This document shows positions 1 through 8,055 of a DNA stretch of 16,098 nucleotides, one piece after another. Location: assembly GCA_003135555.1 (NCBI GenBank), contig PLCF01000040.1, positions 1 through 16,098 of the forward strand. The letters run 5' to 3'. Position numbers and translations under genes: made by a program. Source of the stretch: Vulcanimicrobiota bacterium (GTDB taxonomy: Bacteria; Vulcanimicrobiota; Vulcanimicrobiia; Vulcanimicrobiales; Vulcanimicrobiaceae). The notes under the pieces were generated by a model. The model did no database searches. It worked only from the letters and a program-made list of their open reading frames with translations, and was not told the DNA's origin. Positions within the stretch are counted from its first letter, which is position 1; each line of letters begins with the position of its first letter.

Positions 1-1251
1 ACGCGCGCGTACGCGCTGCACCGCTTGACGTCGGATCCCGGAGCGACCGCCACGCGACGCCGGCAAGTCGAGTACTTTCACGCGTTGAGCCTGCAGTTGA
101 ACGCCACGTTCGGTTACGGCCCGCTGGCGGAGTGGTTTGCGACCTACTCCCGGGACGTGGACAACTTCCGCGCCGCGTTGAGCTGGTCGATCGACGAAGG
201 CGGCGACGTGCTGCTCGGTGCCGGGATCTTGTGGAACCTGCGGCGTCTGATCGAGTGGCTCAACCTGAGCGCCGAAGGTTTGACGTGGTGCCAAAAGGCG
301 CTGTCCGCGCTCGGCGGCGCGGCGCCGCCGCTGGTCGAAGCCAATATCCAAGTCGTCGCGACCCGGATGCATTTCGGACTCAGCGCGGTTCATGCAGCGA
401 TTCTGACATCGAAGCGCGCGGTCGACCTGTACCGCGCCGTCGGCGCCGAGGTGCCGCTGGCCTGTGCCCTGGCGTTCTACGGACGCGCCCAGGCTTCGGT
501 TCCCGAGATGCGCGAAACGGCGGACCGTGCGCTGGACGAGTCGCTGGCGATTTTCGCGCGCAACGAAGGCCGCCCCGGATCCGGCGATGCCGAAGGTGAC
601 GCGGTGGTGATGCGCAACCTCTTCACGGCCTTCGCCACCGCGTACAAGTCGATGACGATCGACCCGAACGACTTTGCGCGGCGCCGCGCGTACATGGCCG
701 AGGCGATCGAACGCTACAAAGCGATCTCGCCCGGACACTTCATCATCGGAACGATGCTGGTCCATCTGAGCGAGATCGAGATCGAGGCGGGGGAGTATCA
801 GCGAGCGCTCGACCTTGCCCTGCAGAGTGTAGAATTTTATCACGGCTCCAGCACCATGTCCGGTTACATGAGGGCGCTCAATGCCGCAGGTGCCGCGTCG
901 CTCGCACTGGGCGACGTCGCTGCGGCACGAACCGATGCCGGGGAACTGCTCTTGCAGGCGCGTCGCCTCGGCAGCGCGCCGGGGCTTGGCATGACGTTGT
1001 TGTTGCTCGCGGGGATCGAGGCGACGTCCGGCGATGGCATGCGAGCGGCGGGCCTGCTCGGTGCCTGGAGCACCTGCGGCGGCAAGATCGATACGCCGCA
1101 GGCGACGACGCGCTTTCTCTGCGATCGCGCGAACGAGTTGCTGCACGCCGCGCTCGGCGATGCCGTGCTGGCCGATGCCGTCGCCGGCGGCGGCCGCTGG
1201 ACGATCGACGAAGCGATCGAGGTCGCTCAGGCCGTCCTCGAAGGGCGCTGA
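1..1251 (+). CDS. 5'-truncated C-terminal helical/TPR region of a predicted ATPase-type (COG3903-like) regulator
   Basis: Frame 1 is open from base 1 (TRAYALHRL...) to TGA at 1249-1251, so the true start lies outside the window. Motifs typical of these C-terminal regions: 'TRAYAL.RL', 'DNFRAALSWS', 'RAAGLLGA' and terminal 'GGRWTIDEAIEVA'. Ala-rich helical repeats. Confidence 0.75.
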   Translation, partial: TRAYALHRLTSDPGATATRRRQVEYFHALSLQLNATFGYGPLAEWFATYSRDVDNFRAALSWSIDEGGDVLLGAGILWNLRRLIEWLNLSAEGLTWCQKALSALGGAAPPLVEANIQVVATRMHFGLSAVHAAILTSKRAVDLYRAVGAEVPLACALAFYGRAQASVPEMRETADRALDESLAIFARNEGRPGSGDAEGDAVVMRNLFTAFATAYKSMTIDPNDFARRRAYMAEAIERYKAISPGHFIIGTMLVHLSEIEIEAGEYQRALDLALQSVEFYHGSSTMSGYMRALNAAGAASLALGDVAAARTDAGELLLQARRLGSAPGLGMTLLLLAGIEATSGDGMRAAGLLGAWSTCGGKIDTPQATTRFLCDRANELLHAALGDAVLADAVAGGGRWTIDEAIEVAQAVLEGR

Positions 1252-1490
1252 GCCCAGTCCCACGCTGCTCTGGTCGGGCTCGCGGATCCCGACCTCGTCG
1301 AGATGGCGGCCGAGATCGGCGGGATCGAAGTCGTCGCCATACTTGCCCCTTGCGCGCGTTACGAATGACCGCTCGAGCCTCATCGATGCCTTGCGGTGAG
1401 GGGTATATCTCGCGTGCCCGATGGAACGTTTTGTGCCCTCGTAGAGCAAGAGGACGACAAAGCCTTACGGGAAAACGGTCTGTCCTTCGT

Positions 1491-1577
1491 GGAGAGATGG
1501 CGGAGCGGTTGAACGCGGCGGTCTTGAAAACCGCTGGCCCTTCACGGGGCTCGTGGGTTCGAATCCCACTCTCTCCT
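1491..1577 (+). tRNA. tRNA-Ser, anticodon UGA (class II, long variable arm); CCA not encoded
   Basis: Acceptor GGAGAGA (1491-1497) / TCTCTCC (1570-1576). D-arm GCG..AGCGGTTGAA..CGC. Anticodon stem GCGGT/ACCGC with loop CT-TGA-AA (anticodon 1525-1527). Variable arm GGCCC..GGGCT. T-arm GTGGG-TTCGAAT-CCCAC. Confidence 0.97.
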
Positions 1578-1682
1578 TTTTTGCGGTTCCGGCATTCGCG
1601 AAAAAAGAGAAACGAGCGGCCTGGACTCGGCGGCAAACCAAACGCAGGGGACGCGTTGGGCGTGGGCTGGGGATGATATTGC

Positions 1683-2156
1683 ATGCCTGCGAACGTTGAC
1701 ACGACCGAGCGGAAAATCAGGGAGTTCGGCTCAGCGCTTGAGAGTTTGGAAGTACGCTGGCGAAAAACGCCGCCGGCGCGGGTCGAATGGTACAAGCCGC
1801 CCCGAAGGAATACGTTGCCGCTCTTGCGCTACGCCGTGAATCCGGGCAAGACGATGATCCTGAAAGTCATGGTTCTCCCGACCGATTCGGAAGGGCTCGC
1901 CCACATTTCGTTCGCGGTCTTCCAAATCGACGGCCGGTTCATGTACGACACGAGCGTCGACCTCGACGATTCCCAAAAGGCCACGACCTGGCTGCGCCGG
2001 TTGTTCACCGACAAGTCTGTCATCGAAGTCGCCGAGAAGAACGGAGATTGGGCCGGGTCACAATGTCGCCCTCCGAACGGCCACCTCCCAGCAGTGGGCT
2101 ACGCCTACGCTCGCTCCTGGCTGGGAACATATGATGCCCCTGAGGCTGGACAATAG
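1683..2156 (+). CDS. hypothetical protein (157 aa), no recognised family
   Basis: ATG...TAG ORF filling the gap between the tRNA and the next gene. The composition is protein-like rather than an Arg/Pro/Ala shadow ORF. Visibly more AT-rich codons than its neighbours. Start uncertain. Confidence 0.6.
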   Translation: MPANVDTTERKIREFGSALESLEVRWRKTPPARVEWYKPPRRNTLPLLRYAVNPGKTMILKVMVLPTDSEGLAHISFAVFQIDGRFMYDTSVDLDDSQKATTWLRRLFTDKSVIEVAEKNGDWAGSQCRPPNGHLPAVGYAYARSWLGTYDAPEAGQ

Positions 2157-2194
2157 CGGGCTAAGGCGAAGCTCGTGACCGGAGGTCGAACAGC

Positions 2195-2476
2195 ATGGCT
2201 CTCGACACAATTCGGTTGATGCGCAACATCTTGCTCAGAAGCGCGCTCATCGGCGTCGCCATCGCGCTGCTCATGGGAGTGGCGACGCTCGCGTTTTGGA
2301 GCTTCTGGACGGGGCTCGCGACGACGTGGTTTCGCACCGACGAGACCTATCTCAGCGGTCTGGTGATGTGGTTTTTCACCGCGGTCAGGTTTCTGCTCGT
2401 CTTCGTGCTCTTGACGCCGGCTTTGGCGCTGCACTGGACCTACAAGAGCGAGCAGGCGCGCCGCACTCCGGCCTAG
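2195..2476 (+). CDS. small hypothetical membrane protein (93 aa, 2 predicted TM helices)
   Basis: GGAGG Shine-Dalgarno at 2181-2185 before ATG 2195. Two hydrophobic stretches (ALIGVAIALLMGVATLAFWSFW; LVMWFFTAVRFLLVFVLLTPALAL). Confidence 0.8.
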   Translation: MALDTIRLMRNILLRSALIGVAIALLMGVATLAFWSFWTGLATTWFRTDETYLSGLVMWFFTAVRFLLVFVLLTPALALHWTYKSEQARRTPA

Positions 2477-2484
2477 CCGGCGAG

Positions 2485-3039
2485 GTGGCGAGCCCGTCCC
2501 GCGCCGGGTTGCTCGATGAGCTGCGCGACTACGTTCCGGCCGACGCGCGCGAGGCGGCGATGCGCGATCGGCTCGTGGCCTTCGTCGGCGCGCACCCCGA
2601 CGCGTTCGAGCGAACGTCGACGATCGGTCACGTCACCGCCTCGGCCTGGATCGTCGACCCGAGCCGGACTCGCGCGCTGCTCATGCACCATCGCAAGTTG
2701 GGCAAGTGGCTGCAGCCCGGCGGCCACGTCGACGGAAATCCGGACGTGCGCGCCGCGGCGTTGCGCGAGGCCGGCGAGGAGTGCGGCCTCGCGTCGCTGC
2801 GTTTCGCCGCGCCGGGCATCTACGATGTCGACGTGCACCGGATCCCGGGGCGCCCGGGCGAGCCCGAGCACGATCACTACGACCTGCGCTTCGCGCTCGA
2901 AGCGGATCCCGCCGAGCCGCTCGTCGTCAACGCCGAATCGAACCGGCTGGCGTGGGTCGCGCTCGACGCGCTGGCCGCCTACGGCGTCGACGAATCGGTG
3001 CTGCGCTTGGCGCGTAAGACCGCGGCGCTGGCGCCCTAG
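2485..3039 (+). CDS. NUDIX hydrolase
   Basis: 'GHVTASAWIV', 'LLMHHRKLGKWLQPGGHVDG' and Nudix box 'ALREAGEECGL', plus 'H.HYDLRF'. Start re-assigned to GTG 2485, just after the upstream stop; the ORF-track start at 2296 overlaps the membrane gene. Confidence 0.9.
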   Translation: MASPSRAGLLDELRDYVPADAREAAMRDRLVAFVGAHPDAFERTSTIGHVTASAWIVDPSRTRALLMHHRKLGKWLQPGGHVDGNPDVRAAALREAGEECGLASLRFAAPGIYDVDVHRIPGRPGEPEHDHYDLRFALEADPAEPLVVNAESNRLAWVALDALAAYGVDESVLRLARKTAALAP

Positions 3040-4394
3040 CGGCCCGCCAGGAGCTCGAGCGCGCGGTCGAGCGGGTCGTCGCGGCCCGGCTCACCGGGAT
3101 GCGCGTCCGCGCGTTGCGCAACCACCACGTCGGGGGTGATCCCGACGCGGTCGATGTCGCGGCCGGCCGGCGTCAGGTAGCGCGCCGTCGTGAGCTTGAT
3201 CGCGCCGCCGTCGGGGAGTGCATACGTCTCTTGCACGAGTCCCTTGCCGAAGGTGCGCGTGCCGATCACGGTCCCGGCCTTGTCGTCCTGCACCGCGCCG
3301 GCAACGATCTCGGCCGCCGACGCGGTGTCGCCGTCGACGAGCAGTGCCAGGGGCGCGTCGAGCACCGGGGTACCGGCCTTCGCGGCGAACGGCACCGGCC
3401 GCCCACCGCGCTCTTGGGTCGTAACGATCGTGCCGTGCACGAAGTGCGAGGCGACCGCGATCGCCGCGTCGCGGTAGCCGCCGCCGTTGGCGCGCAGATC
3501 GACGACGTAGGCGCGAGCGCCGGCCGCGCGCAGGCGCGCGAGCGCCGCGTCGAGTTGCTGCGACGATTGCGCGCCGAACGACCGCAGGCGCACGTAGCCG
3601 ATGCGGTCCCGCAGGATGCGACCGGTGACGTCGGGCGCGGTCACGATGCGCCGCACGACCGCGACCGGTTCGAGCGCGGCGTCGTCGCGGGTGATGCCCA
3701 GCCGCACCGTTGTGCCCGGCGCGCCGCGCAACGCTGCGGCGACCGCGCCGGGCGTGGTCGCCGGCGGTGGTAGCCCGTCGATGCTGGTGATGAGGTCGCC
3801 GGTGCGCAGCCCCGCGGTCTCAGCCGGCGCGTCCGCAAACACGTCGACGATGCGCACGGCGTGCGTCTGCGGGTCGACGTCGAGCTCCGCGCCGATCCCG
3901 GCGGCCGGCTTGCCGTCGAGGAACCCGACGAATTGTTTGAACGCCGTCGGGCGAAACAGCACGCTGTAGGGATCGTGCAGCGCCGCCAGCTCGCCTTCGA
4001 TGGTTTTCGCGACCAAATCGGCGGTGCGCACGCGCGTGGGATACCGTGCCACCGCGAGCGCGACCTCGCGATCGATCTCGCTCTCGGCGCGATAGCGGTC
4101 CGCGTGCAACGGTGCGAACGGGATGTTGGGGCGGGCCACGCCCCGCGACGTGAGGTACGCGACGATCCCCATCCGTGCGCCGCCCAGCAGCTGGGCGGGA
4201 TCGACGGGTTGATAGTAACGCGCCATGACCGTCGTATAGCAGATCTCCAGCGCGATGATGTCGAGGGCACCGAGCGAGGCCGGCGTTGCGCGCGCGGGCA
4301 CCGCCCCGCCGGCCGACGGAAGCAGGGCGAGCGCAAGCATGAGCGCGACCGCACGAACAGGCACGGCGGCGGTATTCACGCCCGGACGGAGCAT
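3036..4394 (-). CDS. S41 family C-terminal processing protease (CtpA/Prc-like) with signal peptide and PDZ domain
   Basis: Signal-like 'VRAVALMLALALLPSAG', 'LHDPYS', PDZ 'GIGAEL...APAETAGLRTGDLITSIDG', 'IGYVRLRSF', 'DLRANGGG', catalytic Ser 'TASAAEI', Lys 'TFGKGLVQ', 'YLTPAGRDI..GITPD'. The start is ATG 4394 or a GTG a few codons downstream; the 892-aa ORF extension is an antisense shadow. Confidence 0.92.
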   Translation of the reverse strand: MLRPGVNTAAVPVRAVALMLALALLPSAGGAVPARATPASLGALDIIALEICYTTVMARYYQPVDPAQLLGGARMGIVAYLTSRGVARPNIPFAPLHADRYRAESEIDREVALAVARYPTRVRTADLVAKTIEGELAALHDPYSVLFRPTAFKQFVGFLDGKPAAGIGAELDVDPQTHAVRIVDVFADAPAETAGLRTGDLITSIDGLPPPATTPGAVAAALRGAPGTTVRLGITRDDAALEPVAVVRRIVTAPDVTGRILRDRIGYVRLRSFGAQSSQQLDAALARLRAAGARAYVVDLRANGGGYRDAAIAVASHFVHGTIVTTQERGGRPVPFAAKAGTPVLDAPLALLVDGDTASAAEIVAGAVQDDKAGTVIGTRTFGKGLVQETYALPDGGAIKLTTARYLTPAGRDIDRVGITPDVVVAQRADAHPGEPGRDDPLDRALELLAGR

Positions 4395-4460
4395 CGCATG
4401 CTCGGGGAACTGCCGCACGGTCGAAGGGCCTGCTCGTCGCAGGCGGAATCCGCCGCTACC

Positions 4461-5825
4461 GTGGACCGCCGGGCAGCGATCGTAGTCTTCTGCGTTGCGT
4501 TCGCGGCGTGCGCCGCCTTGACCAAGCACCACGTCCTGTCCTGGAACGACGGTTCGCGCATCGCGACGGTCGACGCGCTGACCGCGAACCACACGTTCGT
4601 CATCGACGGTTCGCCGTTCGCTGTGGGCCTCGGCGACAAGATTCGCTTCGGGGACAAAACGTACTCCGACAAGCCGCCGCTGCTCGCGCTGCAGGGAGCC
4701 GTCGTGGCGCTGGCGGTAGCTCCGCTGGGAGTCACGCTGCGGCAGACACCGGGCGCGGCGATCTATCTCGTCACGCTGCTCAGCGTCGGCGTGTGGTTCG
4801 CGATCGGCAGCTGTTACGCGTACGCATTCCAGCGCGAGCTCGGTTTCGGCCCGCGCGTGGCGGGGGCGGTCGCGGCGCTGACGGGAATCGGAACGCTGGC
4901 GCTGCCGTATGCGATCGTCTTGACCAACCACGTGCCGTGCGGTGCCAGTGTGCTCGCAGCGTGCTTCCATCTGGTGCGAGCGCGCCAGCGCGGGCTCGCG
5001 CACGTCGCTCTGGGCGGGATATACTTCGCGCTCGCCTACGCCTTCGACCCGGCGGGGATCATTCTCGCGCTCGCCGGTGCCGTGCTGTTGTGGGGCGCAC
5101 CGGTCCGATGGTGGCTGACGTGCGCCGCGGCCGGAGCGCCGATCGTCGCGCTGCAGCTGGCGTACAATTTGGTCGTGTCGGGCAGCGTCGTCCCGACGGC
5201 GTTCAACGGCGCCGTCTGGGGAACTCCGCCCGTGCCGGCCGCGGCGCCGATGATCGCGCTCTTCTCCCCGGTCCAGTATGCCGGGTTCGTCATGAACCTT
5301 CTGTTTGGCGGCAAGGGGTTGTTCGCGTTCACGCCGCTCGTGTTCGTCGTGGCGTACGGTCTGGTGGTCATGTGGCGCAGCCGCGGCTTGATGCGGCGGG
5401 TCGCGCTGGGCATCAGCGCGGCCTGCGCGGTGTTCTTCGCCCTGATCGTGTTGTTGCAGAACGACTCCGAAGCTCGAAACTTTGGCGAACGGCGCTTCGT
5501 CGATCTCTTCTTTTTGCTCGGTGTCGCGCTCGGACCGGCGTTGACAACGGTTCGCACCGCCGCCGGAGTGGCATTGGTGCGACTGTGCGTCGCGAGCTCG
5601 GTCGCGCTCGCCGCGCTGGGCACGGTCGCCCCGTTCGGGGGCGCCGCGGGCGAGTCGGGGTTCTCGTTCGCGACCGCGGAGTTCGCGGCGCTCTACCGTC
5701 GCGCGCCGATCCAAGCCGTGATCGACGTCGTCGTGCTGCTGGTCGTCCTCGCGTTGGTGCAGCGGCTCCTGCCGTTGCGCGCGAACGGCGCCGCAGCTAC
5801 GGCCGCGGCGCGGCCGCGCGGGTGA
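4461..5825 (+). CDS. polytopic membrane protein, putative GT-C fold (ArnT/PMT-like) glycosyltransferase
   Basis: GTG start at 4461. One N-terminal TM is followed by a loop with 'SWNDGSR' (Asp) and 'YSDKPP' (compare the ArnT/PMT-type [DE][KH]PP motif), then many hydrophobic helices and a late 'FGERRF' motif. The function is inferred. Confidence 0.7.
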   Translation: MDRRAAIVVFCVAFAACAALTKHHVLSWNDGSRIATVDALTANHTFVIDGSPFAVGLGDKIRFGDKTYSDKPPLLALQGAVVALAVAPLGVTLRQTPGAAIYLVTLLSVGVWFAIGSCYAYAFQRELGFGPRVAGAVAALTGIGTLALPYAIVLTNHVPCGASVLAACFHLVRARQRGLAHVALGGIYFALAYAFDPAGIILALAGAVLLWGAPVRWWLTCAAAGAPIVALQLAYNLVVSGSVVPTAFNGAVWGTPPVPAAAPMIALFSPVQYAGFVMNLLFGGKGLFAFTPLVFVVAYGLVVMWRSRGLMRRVALGISAACAVFFALIVLLQNDSEARNFGERRFVDLFFLLGVALGPALTTVRTAAGVALVRLCVASSVALAALGTVAPFGGAAGESGFSFATAEFAALYRRAPIQAVIDVVVLLVVLALVQRLLPLRANGAAATAAARPRG

Positions 5826-6720
5826 GGCGGTCGCGCACGGCGGCGTGTTCTTCGGTGTCGGGCGGCAGCGTTGCGACGACCGTGTCGTAGCCGTCGGCGT
5901 CGAGCGCGCGCAGCGCGGCGTAGAGCGTGCGCGCCGCGGTCGCGGGATCGTCGGGCAGCGTCAACAGCGCCACGCGCTCGCCGCCGGCGCCGCGCCGGCG
6001 CGCCTCGTCGTCGCGCGCGTCGGAGTCAACCAGCACGACCCGGGCGCGGGGCGCGTAGTGCGAGCGCAGCGTTCCCGGCGCGCGTACCGGGCCGCCGATG
6101 CGCGTGACGACAGGCGTGCCGAGCGCTTCACCCAGTTGCGAAGGCGTGATCGCGCCGGCCCGCAAGACCGCCGGCACCGCGCCGGTGAGGTCGACGATCG
6201 TCGACTCGACGCCCACGCTCGACGGGCCGCCGTCGACGATCGCGTCGACCTCGAGGCCGAGATCGGCGCGCACGTGCTCGGCGGTCGTCGGCGAGATGCG
6301 GCCGAAACGGTTCGCCGACGGCGCTGCGAGCGCGCCGCCGAAGGCGGCCAGGATCGCGCGCGCCAGCGGGTGCGCGGGGACCCGCACCGCCACCGTCTCT
6401 TGGCCGCCCGTCACGGTGAGCGGCGTGCGCGGGCCGCGCGCGACGACGATCGTCAACGGCCCCGGCCAGAACCGTGCCGACAGCGCGCGCAGCTCGGGCG
6501 TGATCTCGGCGACGTATCCGGCCAGAGCATCGACGTCGTAGGCGTGAACGATCAGCGGGTGGTCGCCGGGACGGCCCTTGATCGCGAACACCCGCGCGAT
6601 CGCTTGCGCATTTTCGACGTCGGCGGCCAGCCCATACACCGTCTCGGTCGGGATCGCGACGACATCGCCGCGGCGTAGCATGAACGCCGCCGTGCGAACG
6701 ACGAGTGCGTCGACCGCCAA
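5797..6720 (-). CDS. tsaC: L-threonylcarbamoyladenylate synthase, Sua5-type (YrdC domain plus short C-terminal Sua5 domain)
   Basis: 'VAIPTETVYGL', 'IKGRP..HPLIVH', 'FWPGPLT', 'VAVRVPAHP', 'APSANRFG..SPT', 'GVESTIVD', linker 'APG...HYAP' and C-terminal 'LYAALRALD...AVRDRLTRAA'. The TTG start directly abuts the serS TAG. Confidence 0.95.
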   Translation of the reverse strand: MAVDALVVRTAAFMLRRGDVVAIPTETVYGLAADVENAQAIARVFAIKGRPGDHPLIVHAYDVDALAGYVAEITPELRALSARFWPGPLTIVVARGPRTPLTVTGGQETVAVRVPAHPLARAILAAFGGALAAPSANRFGRISPTTAEHVRADLGLEVDAIVDGGPSSVGVESTIVDLTGAVPAVLRAGAITPSQLGEALGTPVVTRIGGPVRAPGTLRSHYAPRARVVLVDSDARDDEARRRGAGGERVALLTLPDDPATAARTLYAALRALDADGYDTVVATLPPDTEEHAAVRDRLTRAAAPRP

Positions 6721-8019
6721 CTAACGCGTCGACCCGTCGGGCTCGATCGAGGCGAACCCGGCGTACGGGCGCAGCACCTCCGGGACGGTCACGCCGCCGT
6801 CGGCGCGCTGGTAGTTCTCCAGCACGGCGGCGAAGGTGCGCCCGACCGCGCCCCCCGACCCGTTGAGCGTGTGCACGAACTCGGGCTTCGCCGTCGCCTC
6901 GGGGCGGAAGCGAATCCCGGTGCGGCGGGCCTGAAAGTCGGTGCAGTTCGAACACGAGCTGATCTCGCGGTACGCGCCGGCGCCGGCGAACCACGCCTCG
7001 ACGTCGTACGTCTTCGCGGCGTTGAAGCCGGTATCGCCGGCGGACAACAGCATGACGCGGTAGGCGATCCCGAGCTCCTCGTAGAGCGCGGTGGCGTTGC
7101 GCGTGAGCGTTTCGAGGTCGTCGAACGAGCGCTGCGGCGTCGTCAGCCAAACGAGCTCGACTTTCTCGAACTGATGCATGCGAATGAGACCGCGCGTGTC
7201 ACGCCCCGCCGCGCCGGCTTCCTTGCGAAAGCACGGCGTGTACGCGGCATACTGCAGCGGTAGGCGATCGGCCGCGAGGATCTCGTCGCGGTGCATCGCG
7301 GTCAGCGGCACCTCCGCGGTCGGGATGAGGTAGAGCACGTCGTCGGGGTCGTCACCCGCGAACGCGTACATCTGATCGGAGAACTTGGTGAGCTGTCCGG
7401 TCGCCCACATCGTCGAGCGCGCGACGAGCACCGGCGGATTGATCTCGACGTAGCCGTTGCGGGCCGCGCGATCCAGAAAGAACGAGACCAGCGCGCGCGA
7501 CAGCCGCGCGCCCGGACCGCGCAGGATCGCGAAGCGCGTCCCCGACAGCCGAACCGCGCGTTCGACGTCGACGATCCCGAGCCGCTCGCCGATCTCCCAG
7601 TGCGGCTTGGCCGCGAACCCCAGCTCCGGCGGCGTGCCCCCAGCGCGCACCAGCCGGTTCGCGCTTTCGTCGCTGCCGTCGGGGACCGAATCGTCGAGCA
7701 GGTTGGGAATCTCCGCCAGCTCGGCGGCGATCCATTCGTCGAACGCGGGCAGCGGTGTGCCGGCGACTCTGATGGCGGCATCCAGCTGGGTGATCTTTGG
7801 ACGCAGCTCCGCCGCCGCAGCGCGCTTGTCGGCCGCTTTGGCGACGGCGGCGCTCAACGCGTTCTTCTCGGCCTTGAGCGTCTCGACGGCGGTGATCGCC
7901 GCGCGGCGGTCACGATCGAGCTGGAGGATCCGCTCGACGAACTCCGTTCCGATACCGCGCCGCCCGGCGGCGCGGCGCACGCGATCGGGCTCGCGCCGCA
8001 GCAGATCGAGATTCAGCAC
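6721..8019 (-). CDS. serS: serine--tRNA ligase
   Basis: GTG start at 8019 ('MLNLDLLR'), N-terminal coiled coil, 'IPNL', 'KPHWEIG', 'YLIPTAEVPL', motif 2 'CFRKEAGAAGRDTRGLIRMHQFEKVE', 'KTYDVEAW', 'YREISSCSNCTDFQARR', 'HTLNGSG.AVGRT', 'VPEVLRPY'. Confidence 0.98.
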   Translation of the reverse strand: MLNLDLLRREPDRVRRAAGRRGIGTEFVERILQLDRDRRAAITAVETLKAEKNALSAAVAKAADKRAAAAELRPKITQLDAAIRVAGTPLPAFDEWIAAELAEIPNLLDDSVPDGSDESANRLVRAGGTPPELGFAAKPHWEIGERLGIVDVERAVRLSGTRFAILRGPGARLSRALVSFFLDRAARNGYVEINPPVLVARSTMWATGQLTKFSDQMYAFAGDDPDDVLYLIPTAEVPLTAMHRDEILAADRLPLQYAAYTPCFRKEAGAAGRDTRGLIRMHQFEKVELVWLTTPQRSFDDLETLTRNATALYEELGIAYRVMLLSAGDTGFNAAKTYDVEAWFAGAGAYREISSCSNCTDFQARRTGIRFRPEATAKPEFVHTLNGSGGAVGRTFAAVLENYQRADGGVTVPEVLRPYAGFASIEPDGSTR

Positions 8020-8055
8020 AGCGCGCCGCGTTCGCGATGGCGCAAGCCCCCTCCG
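8014..8055 (-). promoter_or_regulatory. putative bipartite promoter-like motif upstream of serS
   Basis: Minus strand reads CGGAGG-N16-GAACGCG-GCGCGCT-GTG-CTG, nearly identical in layout to the TPR gene leader at 11700-11742. Confidence 0.45.

Noticed and set aside
1491..1577. Selenocysteine or opal-suppressor tRNA because of 'TGA' in the loop
   Set aside because: Anticodon UGA reads the Ser codon UCA. tRNA-Sec has anticodon UCA and an 8-bp acceptor stem; this one has 7 bp.
1629..1647. GGCGGCAAA..CGCAG resembling the reverse complement of part of the smpB-tilS element
   Set aside because: Only a 9-nt plus 5-nt match with different spacing, which is compatible with chance in GC-rich DNA.
1577..2480. 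Prophage or integrative element at tRNA-Ser
   Set aside because: No integrase, phage genes or direct repeat of the tRNA 3' end is visible in the window.
4395..5714. Apparent 440-aa N-terminal extension of the S41 protease (892-aa ORF), and the 200-aa extension of the membrane protein from 3861
   Set aside because: Arg/Asp/His-rich stop-free antisense shadows of the real gene on the opposite strand, typical of high-GC DNA. The signal peptide and TM1 mark the true starts.
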